Virus record (IMG/VR): IMGVR_UViG_3300025012_000071
From: an uncultured virus (IMG/VR IMGVR_UViG_3300025012_000071)
Lineage: Duplodnaviria > Heunggongvirae > Uroviricota > Caudoviricetes
Length of the DNA: 64,000 nucleotides
Strand: one strand, 5' to 3'
Each line of letters starts with the position of its first letter. Within the stretch, counting starts at the first letter, position 1. Shown piece by piece: positions 1 through 9,480 of this stretch. The translations under genes and the position numbers were made by a program. The notes beneath the pieces are model-generated. The model worked only from the letters and a program-made list of their open reading frames with translations. It ran no database searches and was not told the DNA's origin.

Positions 1-2
1 CG

Positions 3-80
3 GGCGCTGACGGCGGCCCTGTAGATGTTCGCATAGCTGGGATGTCGGACGAGGAACTCGAAAAGTTGCTGGAGGATTAG
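3..80 (+). CDS. C-terminal end of terminase small subunit (partial)
   Basis: Frame 3 reads GADGGPVDVRIAGMSDEELEKLLED*, a typical TerS tail (G.DGGP...SDEEL), upstream of terL. Confidence 0.7.
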   Translation, partial: GADGGPVDVRIAGMSDEELEKLLED

Positions 81-95
81 CCCAAAAGTAGGACA

Positions 96-123
96 TGATC
101 CGATAATAAATATTATGTCAACT
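96..123 (+). other. dif-like XerC/XerD recombination site
   Basis: TGATCCGATAA-TAAATA-TTATGTCAACT has the 11-6-11 layout; right arm differs by one base from the B. subtilis dif arm TTATGTAAACT. Confidence 0.75.
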
Positions 124-488
124 AGCAGGAACCTTGTAACGTGCGTAGTTGCTGGGTTTCTCTGTTTACAGGTACTATTACTGGTACCAAAAACGCCAAT
201 TGTCCTGCTGTGGTGGACATTTCACCGTACCTGCTCCACTTCACAGGCGCAGGGTTGTGACACTGTATTGTACGCACAGAGCGCAGCGCATACATGAGCA
301 GGAGCGCGAGCGCACGTATTTAGCAGGATATTCGCCAAAAAGAGGGGGTGGGGGTCAAACACCCCCCGGTATGGATTGGCGGGACTCCTGGCGGTGGTAC
401 CTGTACCTTATGCTATCACCATCTAAACAGTTACGCATTTCATAAACTACCAAAAGTCAGTTAACTACGTAATAAGGAGAGAACTCAA

Positions 489-674
489 ATGATAGGCAAT
501 GAAATAGATGTTTCTGTATCTGAGGAAATAGACAGAGAATACATCAACATCAATATATCATTCAGCAGATTCGCCTTACTCGATATTGGTTATGACAATA
601 TTATCGACATAGCAAGAGATAAGGCAAAAAGTCTAGTTGACAATGATTCAGTTAAGTTTCCTAAGTACGATTAA
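489..674 (+). CDS. hypothetical protein
   Basis: 61-aa ORF with AAGGAG RBS. Confidence 0.6.
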   Translation: MIGNEIDVSVSEEIDREYININISFSRFALLDIGYDNIIDIARDKAKSLVDNDSVKFPKYD

Positions 675-694
675 TCGAGAACGGAGGTGTTATC

Positions 695-1162
695 ATGTGT
701 AGCAACGACATACATTATCAAACTCTTAAATCAGACAGTACCGCTAAGTCAAGTATTGATACATCTATGTGTATACCGTTTACGGTTGAACCTAATCCAT
801 TAAAGTTGACTAAAGAACAGAGTGATTTAATGAGAAGTAACATTACTTCAATGTTACGTAATTCTGTTAATAAAAACACTGACACTATATATGAAGTTGA
901 ACCAACTATCATTCTATGTCGCCCTGAATATTTAGATGCGGCAAAGCAAATATTGAATAATGCCAACCCTAAAATTGAGTGTGATAAAGGTTGGTTCTCT
1001 GTAACAGAAGAACATTTCAAAGAAGCACTTGTGGTAGCAAATGAAAGTTACATGCAGGTATATGTCAGTAGTGATTGGATATGTGACAAACCTAAACTCA
1101 TGGATCTAGTCAAATGGGCATACATCAACGGTATTGACTACAATGTTATACCGTTTAGTTAA
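695..1162 (+). CDS. hypothetical protein
   Basis: 155-aa ORF with GGAGGT RBS. Confidence 0.7.
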   Translation: MCSNDIHYQTLKSDSTAKSSIDTSMCIPFTVEPNPLKLTKEQSDLMRSNITSMLRNSVNKNTDTIYEVEPTIILCRPEYLDAAKQILNNANPKIECDKGWFSVTEEHFKEALVVANESYMQVYVSSDWICDKPKLMDLVKWAYINGIDYNVIPFS

Positions 1163-1185
1163 CTGATAAATAACAAGGTGATCTT

Positions 1186-2784
1186 ATGACCGATCAACAA
1201 AAGGAAAAGAAAAAACTATCCGCTCAGAAGTTAAGGGAAAAAGCGTCCTTAAAGGTTGAGTTGGAATTTCGTAAATCCTCCAAAAGTGTAGAGTATTTTA
1301 TAGATAAATACGCCTACATAGAGGATAGAGATGTTCCTGACTTAGTTGCTAAACTTAATCTATGGGACGGTCAGAAGGAAGCGTTAAGGAAGATTATTGA
1401 CAGTAAGTTGTCTATTATTCTTAAAGCGCGGCAGTTGGGTTTTACTTGGTTATCTCTTATTTACGGATTACACGGGGTTATATTCCGACCCGGTTATTCG
1501 GTTGTTGCTCTATCTAAGAGGGAAGAGGATGCTAAGGAACTTATCAGACGTATTTGCTTTATTCTGAGGTACTTACCTTCGTGGATGATTCGTCACGTTA
1601 AAGGTACTCCGAAGCAATATCCTAACCCTACATGGGATTCAACGGTATTGTCGATTACTATCTATCATAAAGGCAAGGAACCTGCTGTTTTTAACGCTAT
1701 GTCTGCCGGTCCCGATAGTGGACGTTCTTTTACGGCAAACCTTGTAATATTGGATGAATGGGCGTTTCAGATGTTTGCTAGAGATATTTGGTCTGCTGCT
1801 TATCCGACAATTAACCGTCCTACTGGTGGACAGGTTATTGGGTTGTCTACCGCTAAAAAAGGTACTTTATTTGAGGAAATATTTTGGAAGGCGTACAACG
1901 GTGAGAATACGTTTACGCCTATATTTATGCCTTGGAGTACCGACCCTAGACGTACTCAGGATTGGTATGAGCAGGTTAAAAAAGACTTACCTCATAGTTA
2001 TATGGCAGAGTATCCAGCGACTCCAGAAGAGGCGTTTACTGCCGGTGAAGGGCAGTTCTTTAAAGAGTTTCGTCGTGATGTGCATGTCGTTAAACCATTT
2101 AAGATACCGTCCTGGTGGAAAAGGTTCTGCTCTTTGGACTATGGACTTGATATGACCGCCTGTTATTGGTGGGCAGTTTCACCGGATGGCATTTTATATG
2201 CTTATCGTGAATTGTATCAATCAGACTTAACATTAAGTCAAGCGGCGAAAAAGATTATCTCCATGACACCTAAAGACGAGAAAATTAGTTATACGGTTGC
2301 TTCTCCTGACTTGTGGAATAGGCGGCAAGAGACAGGGACAAGCGGTAGGGAGATAATGAATCGTGCTGGACTTAATAACCTTAGAAAAGCAAAACATGAG
2401 CGCAAGGCAGGGTGGAGAGCAGTAAGAGAGTATCTGTTGGTTAGAGAGGAAAAGCAGGACGCTATAACCGATGAAGGTATAAAAACCGAGATTTCTTTTA
2501 CCGCTAAACTAAAGATATTCGATACCTGTAAAAATATGATACGTTGCTTGCCGTTGTTAGAGCATGACAAGAATGACTCTGAGGATGCGGCAGATACTCC
2601 ACACGAGGTGAGTCACAGTAACGAATCCCTTAGATATTCAGTAATGTCAAGACCTCCCATCTCTAAGGATGAAAAGTATTCATTTCCCGATGATATGTCT
2701 TTATCTGAGCAGTCAGCAGTTTTAAATAATATTGCGTTTGAGAAAGAATATGAGAAATTACAGGAACATATTGTAGGTTTTTAA
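1186..2784 (+). CDS. terL: terminase large subunit
   Basis: Walker A KARQLG, Walker B VILDE, coupling motif LST, C-terminal RNase H-like nuclease (LDYG). Confidence 0.95.
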   Translation: MTDQQKEKKKLSAQKLREKASLKVELEFRKSSKSVEYFIDKYAYIEDRDVPDLVAKLNLWDGQKEALRKIIDSKLSIILKARQLGFTWLSLIYGLHGVIFRPGYSVVALSKREEDAKELIRRICFILRYLPSWMIRHVKGTPKQYPNPTWDSTVLSITIYHKGKEPAVFNAMSAGPDSGRSFTANLVILDEWAFQMFARDIWSAAYPTINRPTGGQVIGLSTAKKGTLFEEIFWKAYNGENTFTPIFMPWSTDPRRTQDWYEQVKKDLPHSYMAEYPATPEEAFTAGEGQFFKEFRRDVHVVKPFKIPSWWKRFCSLDYGLDMTACYWWAVSPDGILYAYRELYQSDLTLSQAAKKIISMTPKDEKISYTVASPDLWNRRQETGTSGREIMNRAGLNNLRKAKHERKAGWRAVREYLLVREEKQDAITDEGIKTEISFTAKLKIFDTCKNMIRCLPLLEHDKNDSEDAADTPHEVSHSNESLRYSVMSRPPISKDEKYSFPDDMSLSEQSAVLNNIAFEKEYEKLQEHIVGF

Positions 2785-2807
2785 TAATAACCGAGGACGG
2801 TGTTATT

Positions 2808-2993
2808 ATGAAAGAGTATATATGTTTTTATCATCAAGAATTTGTAATGACTTATTGTGTTAAGGTAAAATCGCTAAGTTATGATGAATCTGAAAATAAG
2901 TTTAGAGAGTATTTGAAACAAAACGGCATTGCCTATATTAATGACAGTAATCTTATGATTGTTGAAGTTGATAATATATGTGAAATATTTTAA
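2808..2993 (+). CDS. small hypothetical protein inserted between terL and portal
   Basis: 61-aa AT-rich ORF preceded by the repeated ACCGAGGACGGTG element. Confidence 0.6.
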   Translation: MKEYICFYHQEFVMTYCVKVKSLSYDESENKFREYLKQNGIAYINDSNLMIVEVDNICEIF

Positions 2994-3005
2994 GGGTGTG
3001 TCTAA

Positions 3006-5117
3006 ATGGACTGGAAAAAACCATTTCGTGCTATTAAGAAGAAGGTGAAAGAAATAGTGGCACCTGTTGTAGAATACGATCAAGAGACTCTTGACTTGCT
3101 TAAATATTGGCAAGATCAGTTTGAGATTGACCGTCAGGCAAAGAAAAAATACGATCTTCTCATGGATTCATGGGAAAATATGTACAACGGTAATCGTGAG
3201 TTTGAGAATGTCAACAATCGGCAAGAAAAAGAAGCGAGAACGGTTGTTAACTTCCCTCGCTTAATTGTCGAAGCACTTATTGATATGACTATACCTGACC
3301 ACGACTTTAAACCCGTTACTGCTGCCGATGAAGTCCCTGTTAATGCCTTAAAGAGTTACGTCGGTTATGTGCTGAGAAGTTCCTCCCCTTCGCTTGAAGA
3401 AATGAATATGTCGGATGAGCGCAGAGTTTCAAAGTTAGGCGGTACGTTCAAAAAGGTTCACTGGAACAATAATATCAAACGTGCTGGGTATGTCGGTGAG
3501 ATTGAGATTAGTAACCCTCACCCGAAGGATATTATACCTAACAAGTCGTCTATTAACTTCGGCGACGATATGGAACATTATCATCATCCGGTTAACCGCA
3601 CACAGAAGTATATCCTCCGTAAATGGAAAGATATAACGAAGGATATGTTAGAGGAAAAGTCGATACTGTACGCCGAGTATGACGAGATTATGGGCGACCA
3701 AAGAATAACTACCGTTAACGACACTACCGGAGTTTCTAAGGATACTGGACTTGGTAAATATACTATCGTTGAGACTACCTACCGGGACGACGACGGAGAT
3801 ATTTGTAAACTGTGGTGGTCTGGTGATTTGCTAATTAAGCACCTTCCAAAGTTCTTTTATCGTAGGGACGAGGACGGGGAACCGTACAAAACTGAGACTA
3901 TTGAAGCAGGTACACAGGTTCGTAGGGGTTTGGACGATCAGGGCAATGTTGCCTATCGTGTTGTTGATACCGAAACTGAGGCAGAATACTACATACCTAC
4001 CTGCTGGGATATAGTCTATCAACCTTTTATTATGCGTGATAAGTGTTGTTGGGGTATATCCATTATGGAAGATGTTTGGGATTTGCAGGAGAGTATTAAG
4101 AAAGCGGTCCATATGTATGAAGAATCTTTCCTTCGTGGCAGGAAGAAGATTCTAACCTCTTCCACAGAAATAGCAAGAAAACTTATGGACCCAACATCTG
4201 AAATAATCCATGTTAATGACGTAGGAGAGGTTAAGGAAGTTGATTTAAGTACAAATATTGACGGCATTCAATTGGTTGATAAATTCAAAGAATGGTTGCA
4301 ACTTATAACCGGCGTAACCGATGCCTCGTTGGGCGTTCATCAACCGGGCGTAACATCAGGCGACCAGGCGCAGGCGTACATTAGTCAGTCAAGTAACAAA
4401 TTAGCAATTAAGTCTGCTTATAAGTCAACCTCATACAAGACACTTTACCGCACTATTGCGGAGTTTGCGTTGGCGTTTTGTGATGATGATCGTCCTTTCC
4501 GCATTACCGGAGAGAAGGGCGAGAACAAATACGGTCAGTTTAACCGCTTATCCATGCTTCGTGATGTTAACGGCGATTTAATCTATCCTGACTTTGATAT
4601 TGAGATTTCAGCAGAAGTTGGATTTATGAAGAATAAGTCTGAAATGATGAATTCTATTGTTTCTCTTGCAGGGCAGGGACGTTTTGAACCTACTCCCGGC
4701 AATATGCTGATACTGAAAATTCTTGATAAAATCGGTGTTCCGCACCTTAAAGAAGTTATCGGGCAGATGGAGCAGGACATACAGCAGGCACAAGAGGCCC
4801 AAGCGCAGCAGGAAGAGCAGGCAAAACAGATACAAGAACAGCAACTAAAGCAAAGTACTGATATGATGCTTGCTAAACAGCAGCATGAAAAAGAACTTGC
4901 CGTTATAAAGCAGCAGGGCGAATTAAACCGTCAGCAGCAATCGCACGACCTCGAAAGTGATAGAGAGGTTATGAGCGGAGAGTTGCAGCAGGACGCAGTT
5001 ATGCAGTTTATGGATAAGTTGAATCAGATTAAGGAGCAGGATCCCAATGCCTTTATGCAGATTATGCAGTTACCGACAGATCAGCAGGTACAGGCGGTAA
5101 TGAATTTAGCGAGTTAA
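3006..5117 (+). CDS. portal protein (P22-like, Gln-rich coiled-coil C-terminus)
   Basis: 703 aa after terL; motifs VNFPR..VE, G..KVHW, GISI.ED..DLQ, ITGV...SLG. Confidence 0.85.
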   Translation: MDWKKPFRAIKKKVKEIVAPVVEYDQETLDLLKYWQDQFEIDRQAKKKYDLLMDSWENMYNGNREFENVNNRQEKEARTVVNFPRLIVEALIDMTIPDHDFKPVTAADEVPVNALKSYVGYVLRSSSPSLEEMNMSDERRVSKLGGTFKKVHWNNNIKRAGYVGEIEISNPHPKDIIPNKSSINFGDDMEHYHHPVNRTQKYILRKWKDITKDMLEEKSILYAEYDEIMGDQRITTVNDTTGVSKDTGLGKYTIVETTYRDDDGDICKLWWSGDLLIKHLPKFFYRRDEDGEPYKTETIEAGTQVRRGLDDQGNVAYRVVDTETEAEYYIPTCWDIVYQPFIMRDKCCWGISIMEDVWDLQESIKKAVHMYEESFLRGRKKILTSSTEIARKLMDPTSEIIHVNDVGEVKEVDLSTNIDGIQLVDKFKEWLQLITGVTDASLGVHQPGVTSGDQAQAYISQSSNKLAIKSAYKSTSYKTLYRTIAEFALAFCDDDRPFRITGEKGENKYGQFNRLSMLRDVNGDLIYPDFDIEISAEVGFMKNKSEMMNSIVSLAGQGRFEPTPGNMLILKILDKIGVPHLKEVIGQMEQDIQQAQEAQAQQEEQAKQIQEQQLKQSTDMMLAKQQHEKELAVIKQQGELNRQQQSHDLESDREVMSGELQQDAVMQFMDKLNQIKEQDPNAFMQIMQLPTDQQVQAVMNLAS

Positions 5118-5143
5118 TAACGGAGAACCGAGGGGGATTAATC

Positions 5144-5419
5144 ATGGAAAATCATATCGAAGATGTGAAAAGAGCAAATAAAGTTCTTGTTACTTTACAG
5201 TTCTTTGATGGCGACGAATATATCTGTAAGTATAATAAGGGTATAGAGTTTGATAATTGCATCGGTACGTTTGGTAAAATTAAAACATTTCAATCCGTAG
5301 TAAAGGCGTTATATCGCACTTTTCAGCAACTTATTGGAGTTAACATCAAGGAAAAACATAGCACGGTTATTTTTACCAATATAACTGAATCAGCGGAGGT
5401 AAATAATGCAACTAACTGA
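5144..5419 (+). CDS. hypothetical protein
   Basis: 91-aa ORF with GAGGGG RBS. Confidence 0.6.
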   Translation: MENHIEDVKRANKVLVTLQFFDGDEYICKYNKGIEFDNCIGTFGKIKTFQSVVKALYRTFQQLIGVNIKEKHSTVIFTNITESAEVNNATN

Positions 5420-5540
5420 CCAAGAAAAAAAAATCATCGAAGAATTGCGCAACCTTGGAGGATGGGGAACGCTTACCGTCAAAGTGAAGGGCGGCAGGGC
5501 GGTTATGATTAGTCCTACCAAGGATATTAAACTTGACTAG
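5406..5540 (+). CDS. DUF2292/YezD-like small protein
   Basis: MQLTDQEKKIIEELRNLGGWGTLTVKVKGGRAVMISPTKDIKLD*, GGAGGT RBS; (F/W)G.+.+.+..G.+..I....+K+ pattern. Confidence 0.6.
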   Translation: MQLTDQEKKIIEELRNLGGWGTLTVKVKGGRAVMISPTKDIKLD

Positions 5541-5551
5541 AGGTGATAAGT

Positions 5552-5650
5552 ATGGCAGGTTGTAAAGGTAAAGGAAAGGGCATGAAGGGTATGCCTAAGT
5601 CTGATAAGAAGGAAATGGGCATGGGCAAGGGTTACGGTAAGAAGAAATAA
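5552..5650 (+). CDS. Lys/Gly-rich basic peptide
   Basis: MAGCKGKGKGMKGMPKSDKKEMGMGKGYGKKK*, GAGGTG RBS. Confidence 0.6.
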   Translation: MAGCKGKGKGMKGMPKSDKKEMGMGKGYGKKK

Positions 5651-5667
5651 CCGAGGACGGTGTTTAA

Positions 5668-5919
5668 ATGATGAAAATTTTTAAAGATAGTTTTAGTCTA
5701 TCCTACTTGTTAAGCGGAAGCAATTCAATTAATCCTGACCATGCATATGAATTATCTTGCGCTTTTTATGATTGGATGGTTGAAAATTGCGCAGACAGTA
5801 AAATGGTTCACGACGTAATGGTTTTAAATGGTTTTTATCAAACAGCAATGCCTAAACCTGTTTATGACAAAATTAAACCTTGGATTGATAGGTATAAACA
5901 AGAAACATCAATTAAATAA
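5668..5919 (+). CDS. hypothetical protein
   Basis: 83-aa ORF preceded by second copy of ACCGAGGACGGTG. Confidence 0.6.
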   Translation: MMKIFKDSFSLSYLLSGSNSINPDHAYELSCAFYDWMVENCADSKMVHDVMVLNGFYQTAMPKPVYDKIKPWIDRYKQETSIK

Positions 5920-5942
5920 CCAATCCTTAGTAGGAAAACCAC

Positions 5943-6005
5943 AGGGATAGGGTGTATCAGAGTGCCGTTATTGGTATTGTGATATGCTCTATCCCTATTT
6001 TTATT
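5943..6005 (+). terminator. long G-U-rich hairpin with U tract
   Basis: AGGGATAGGGTGTATCA..AGTGCCG / TGGTATT..TGATATGCTCTATCCCT followed by ATTTTTATT. Confidence 0.7.
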
Positions 6006-6023
6006 GCCTAAATTAAGGAAATA

Positions 6024-6164
6024 TCATGTCTTATTGTTTTGGTTATCTAGCCAATCTTTAAGTGCTATCATAACTGCTCCTTGCAATGTCATCCCGTTAT
6101 TGATGCATACTCTTTTTACCTGTTTAATTAATTCTTCATCAAGTCTTATATTGATCTGTTTCAT
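6024..6164 (-). CDS. ribbon-helix-helix regulator (copy 1)
   Basis: MKQINIRLDEELIKQVKRVCINNGMTLQGAVMIALKDWLDNQNNKT*, AAGGAGGT RBS; absent from the ORF track because <60 aa. Confidence 0.8.
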   Translation of the reverse strand: MKQINIRLDEELIKQVKRVCINNGMTLQGAVMIALKDWLDNQNNKT

Positions 6165-6244
6165 AAAATAACCTCCTTATAGCAATATATAGATTGCTAT
6201 ATTACATATATTCTGCTATAATTATAGCATAGGAGGGATGTTTT

Positions 6245-6859
6245 GTGAAGGAAGAAATTATCGGCAGGTCATGTACGGTATGTGGTGAGTGGAAATTGTT
6301 TTCCGATTTCAATAAAAACAGGGGAAGAAAATATGGATGTAGTAATGTTTGTAAAGTTTGCAAAAAGAAAATAGATAAACATTACTATGAGAAAAACAAG
6401 GAGAAAATAATAAGGCAAACAAGTGAATACCATAAGAAAAATCCAGAAGTAAAAAAGAAGTGTTGTGATAACTATAGGGCAAAAAATAAGGACAAAATTA
6501 GAGAAAGTGATAAATTATATCGAAAACATCATTTTAATGAAAGATATAAATATAATAAACTATATTTTTTAAAAAATCCTGATAAGATAAAAATATATGC
6601 CCAAAGGTATCGCAATAGATTACTTAACGCTTCTGGAAATTATACTCGCCAGGAATGGATAGATTTATGTAGTAAATGTGGTAATAGGTGTATTTGTTGC
6701 GGATTGGAAGTAAAATTAACAGTAGATCATATTATACCACTATCCAGGGGTGGTTCTAATTGCATAGACAATATACAACCATTATGTAAAAATTGCAATT
6801 CAAGTAAAAACAACAAAATAATAGATTATAGAAAAAAATTTACAAAAGATGCTCAATAG
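6245..6859 (+). CDS. HNH endonuclease
   Basis: N-terminal CxxC..CxxC; C-terminal CICCG...TVDHIIPLSRGGSN...NIQPLCKNCNSSK. Confidence 0.9.
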   Translation: MKEEIIGRSCTVCGEWKLFSDFNKNRGRKYGCSNVCKVCKKKIDKHYYEKNKEKIIRQTSEYHKKNPEVKKKCCDNYRAKNKDKIRESDKLYRKHHFNERYKYNKLYFLKNPDKIKIYAQRYRNRLLNASGNYTRQEWIDLCSKCGNRCICCGLEVKLTVDHIIPLSRGGSNCIDNIQPLCKNCNSSKNNKIIDYRKKFTKDAQ

Positions 6860-6893
6860 AGTGTCTTTTTTTTATTGAAAGGAGGTGATATTA

Positions 6894-7040
6894 GTGGCCA
6901 AAAATCTCGATAAACCTATGCCTTGTTCAGGCACCTTCACTTACGGAAATACAGGAAGCAGACAGACTGATGCGACTCGAGTAATCCGCGGTGGTGACTT
7001 ACGCAGTCGTCCCGGTAAAAACAACGGTGCTGTTAAATAG
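6894..7040 (+). CDS. small hypothetical protein
   Basis: MAKNLDKPMPCSGTFTYGNTGSRQTDATRVIRGGDLRSRPGKNNGAVK*, AAAGGAGGTGA RBS. Confidence 0.7.
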   Translation: MAKNLDKPMPCSGTFTYGNTGSRQTDATRVIRGGDLRSRPGKNNGAVK

Positions 7041-7179
7041 TTAAGGCAGGGTAAAACCTGCTTTTCCTATTTACCTACATAACATCGCTCCGCTTCAGGG
7101 TGACGGTTGGAAATAGACAACGGACACGCCGGAAAGACGGTGAATATATCGCTGGCGAGCGTAAACGTGGGGTGTAATC

Positions 7180-8016
7180 ATGGCAGAAGAATTAAACAAT
7201 GACAGCGTAAACACTGAGGTAGTCGCTGATCCTCAAACAGACATTGATACTAACGAACAAACCGATACCGGGGACGTAACCGGCACTCAACAAATGAGTG
7301 ATGCTGAGGTCGTTGAACAGCAGAAACAGAAGCAGACACAGGATCAGAACAGGGCGTTTGCTCAGATGCGTAGAGAGGCGCAAGAGGCAAAGCGTAAGGC
7401 AGACGAACTTGAACAGTGGAAACGTGACTTTGAGCAGAAGAATAACGCACAGCAACAGAAACAGTTGCAGGCAGATATGGACGCTCAAAGGAAGAAACTT
7501 GCTGCAGAGTTAGAAGAACAGGGATTTCCTGCCGCACAGATTAACGAGTATTTGAAGTTAGACCCTGCTTTTCAGCAGATGCAGTCAGAGTTAAACGCCA
7601 ATAAGCAACAGTTAGAGCAGGAAAGATACCTGAGAAATAGGCAGGCGGCAGAGCAGCAGATCGTGAAGGACCATGCTTATCTAAAGGGTAAATACGGTGA
7701 TATTGTGCCGGACTTGGACGCACTTGACCAAGCAACCGTTGATATGGTGCATAGCGGTATGCCGTTAAAATCGGCGTGGTTAACTGCTAATGAGGATGCT
7801 ATTGCCGAGGCGTTGCAGAAGAAGGCGGCGCAGAAGGTTATTAAACAGGTTGGCAGTAAGGCACACTTGGGTACTGAGAAGTCGAATGATAGTACCGACT
7901 TGGGTACTCAGGTTAGTTTGAGCGCGGAACAGATGAATGTCTGGAAAAATCTATTTCCCAATGATACCGATGCTCAGATTAAAAAACGTGTCTTGGGTAG
8001 GCAAAAGAAAAAATAG
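7180..8016 (+). CDS. capsid scaffolding protein
   Basis: Acidic N-terminus, N..FA..RR motif, long coiled coil, position before capsid genes. Confidence 0.8.
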   Translation: MAEELNNDSVNTEVVADPQTDIDTNEQTDTGDVTGTQQMSDAEVVEQQKQKQTQDQNRAFAQMRREAQEAKRKADELEQWKRDFEQKNNAQQQKQLQADMDAQRKKLAAELEEQGFPAAQINEYLKLDPAFQQMQSELNANKQQLEQERYLRNRQAAEQQIVKDHAYLKGKYGDIVPDLDALDQATVDMVHSGMPLKSAWLTANEDAIAEALQKKAAQKVIKQVGSKAHLGTEKSNDSTDLGTQVSLSAEQMNVWKNLFPNDTDAQIKKRVLGRQKKK

Positions 8017-8031
8017 TTTGGAGGGTTCAAA

Positions 8032-8457
8032 ATGACTTTAAAACATAGAGGAAATATTGACACTGGTGATTCAAAAGTAAAGATAATTGATCACTTTTAC
8101 ATGACAGATGCAGAGGCGGCTGTAGTGGGGCGTGCTTATAAATTAACTACAGCACGATGGACTAAGGCGGCAACAACAGACAGAATTTATGCAATTTGTA
8201 TTAAGGCAACTGTTGCCGGTACTGACGTTCTTGGCACTATGGCACTCGTTAAGTCTGGCGACATTATCGAGGCAGACTATACCGGAACCGCTGATGCCGC
8301 ATTTATAGAAGGACTTGAATTGGCCGTACTTGATGCAAACGGTGATAATGTTGATGCGGCAACCGTTACTGGTGGTCACTTGGTTGTCATTAATAAGGAT
8401 ACGGAAAACAAAAAGGTTAAGTGCGTTGCACTTAAAAACTTTACTCAGGCCGACTAA
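8032..8457 (+). CDS. head decoration/cement protein
   Basis: 141-aa beta-rich protein between scaffold and major capsid gene. Confidence 0.6.
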   Translation: MTLKHRGNIDTGDSKVKIIDHFYMTDAEAAVVGRAYKLTTARWTKAATTDRIYAICIKATVAGTDVLGTMALVKSGDIIEADYTGTADAAFIEGLELAVLDANGDNVDAATVTGGHLVVINKDTENKKVKCVALKNFTQAD

Positions 8458-8502
8458 TTGGTTGGTCTGTTTTATTTTTAAAAAAATTCGGAGGTGCAGT
8501 AA

Positions 8503-9474
8503 ATGACTGTAAATAACCAAAACACAGGTGCTTTTCAAAAGGCAATGGGTTTATATGAAGTACCGATCTTAGAATATTGGCAGCAGAAGTATGTTGATTC
8601 GATTAAAGAAAGTATGATCCCCATGCTTTTTTCCAGAGTAAATAGCAACAACCCTTCTGAGGCAATTAGTGAGCAGGTAGGTAAGGTAACATTCAATAAG
8701 TGGCAGGGTGAGTTTAACTACTACGATCTTAAAGACGGATCTGCCAGGACGTGGACCCCGGTGCCATGGGAGGCGGGACTTGCCTATGACAGGTTTACCC
8801 TTTCCAATATCAAACTTATTAACTTACAAAATGACACTTCTCACTTTGCTATTGAGGCCGCAAGGTTCCGCGAAAGATGCGCTGCCGGCATTTTTACCTA
8901 TGCAGATCAGACTTCTTTCTCGGTTGATGGAAACGTGTTGGATTGGACAAGAACTGCTAACGGACTACCTCTTGCCAGCAATGCTCAGACTTCTTCTAAT
9001 TATTCAACCACACAGGATAATTTGGAATCCTTGGAATTAAATGAGGAGAATCTCGAAATTTTATGTCAAAAAATGTTTGACCTGAAAGACGAGAACGGAC
9101 GCGAGGCTAACCTCCAGCCTGACTGCCTTGTAGTGCCTACAGCTTTGCGTAAGAAGGCTTTGGAGTTGATTGGTGGAGAAGGTAAGGTTGATACTAGCGA
9201 CAACAACCCCAATATTTACAATGGCAGTATGAAATTGATGGTTTGGAAAAACTTCCGTCGCCAAGCAGGAAAAACAGGTCAACCGTGGGCAGTTATTGAT
9301 TATGAAAGAGCAAAAGAGGCAATGAAGTGGATTAATCGTCTTGAATCAGGTGAGGATTTTGAGGTAACAAGTAATAAGGACTGGAAGAATCAGAAGTGGG
9401 AACTTGGTTCTATTATGTGGTTTAGCGCAGGCCCATACTCTTTTCACCCGTTCCAGTTTTCAATTCCGGCGTAA
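8503..9474 (+). CDS. major capsid protein (Mu gpT-like HK97 fold)
   Basis: Motifs NGLPLAS, L.EENLE......M...KDENG, PDCLVVP.AL...A, N..NIY. Confidence 0.85.
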   Translation: MTVNNQNTGAFQKAMGLYEVPILEYWQQKYVDSIKESMIPMLFSRVNSNNPSEAISEQVGKVTFNKWQGEFNYYDLKDGSARTWTPVPWEAGLAYDRFTLSNIKLINLQNDTSHFAIEAARFRERCAAGIFTYADQTSFSVDGNVLDWTRTANGLPLASNAQTSSNYSTTQDNLESLELNEENLEILCQKMFDLKDENGREANLQPDCLVVPTALRKKALELIGGEGKVDTSDNNPNIYNGSMKLMVWKNFRRQAGKTGQPWAVIDYERAKEAMKWINRLESGEDFEVTSNKDWKNQKWELGSIMWFSAGPYSFHPFQFSIPA

Positions 9475-9480
9475 TAGGGG

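Noticed and set aside
115..445. ORFs 115-297 and 149-445
   Set aside because: No RBS, odd composition, overlap the dif-like site and probable packaging region
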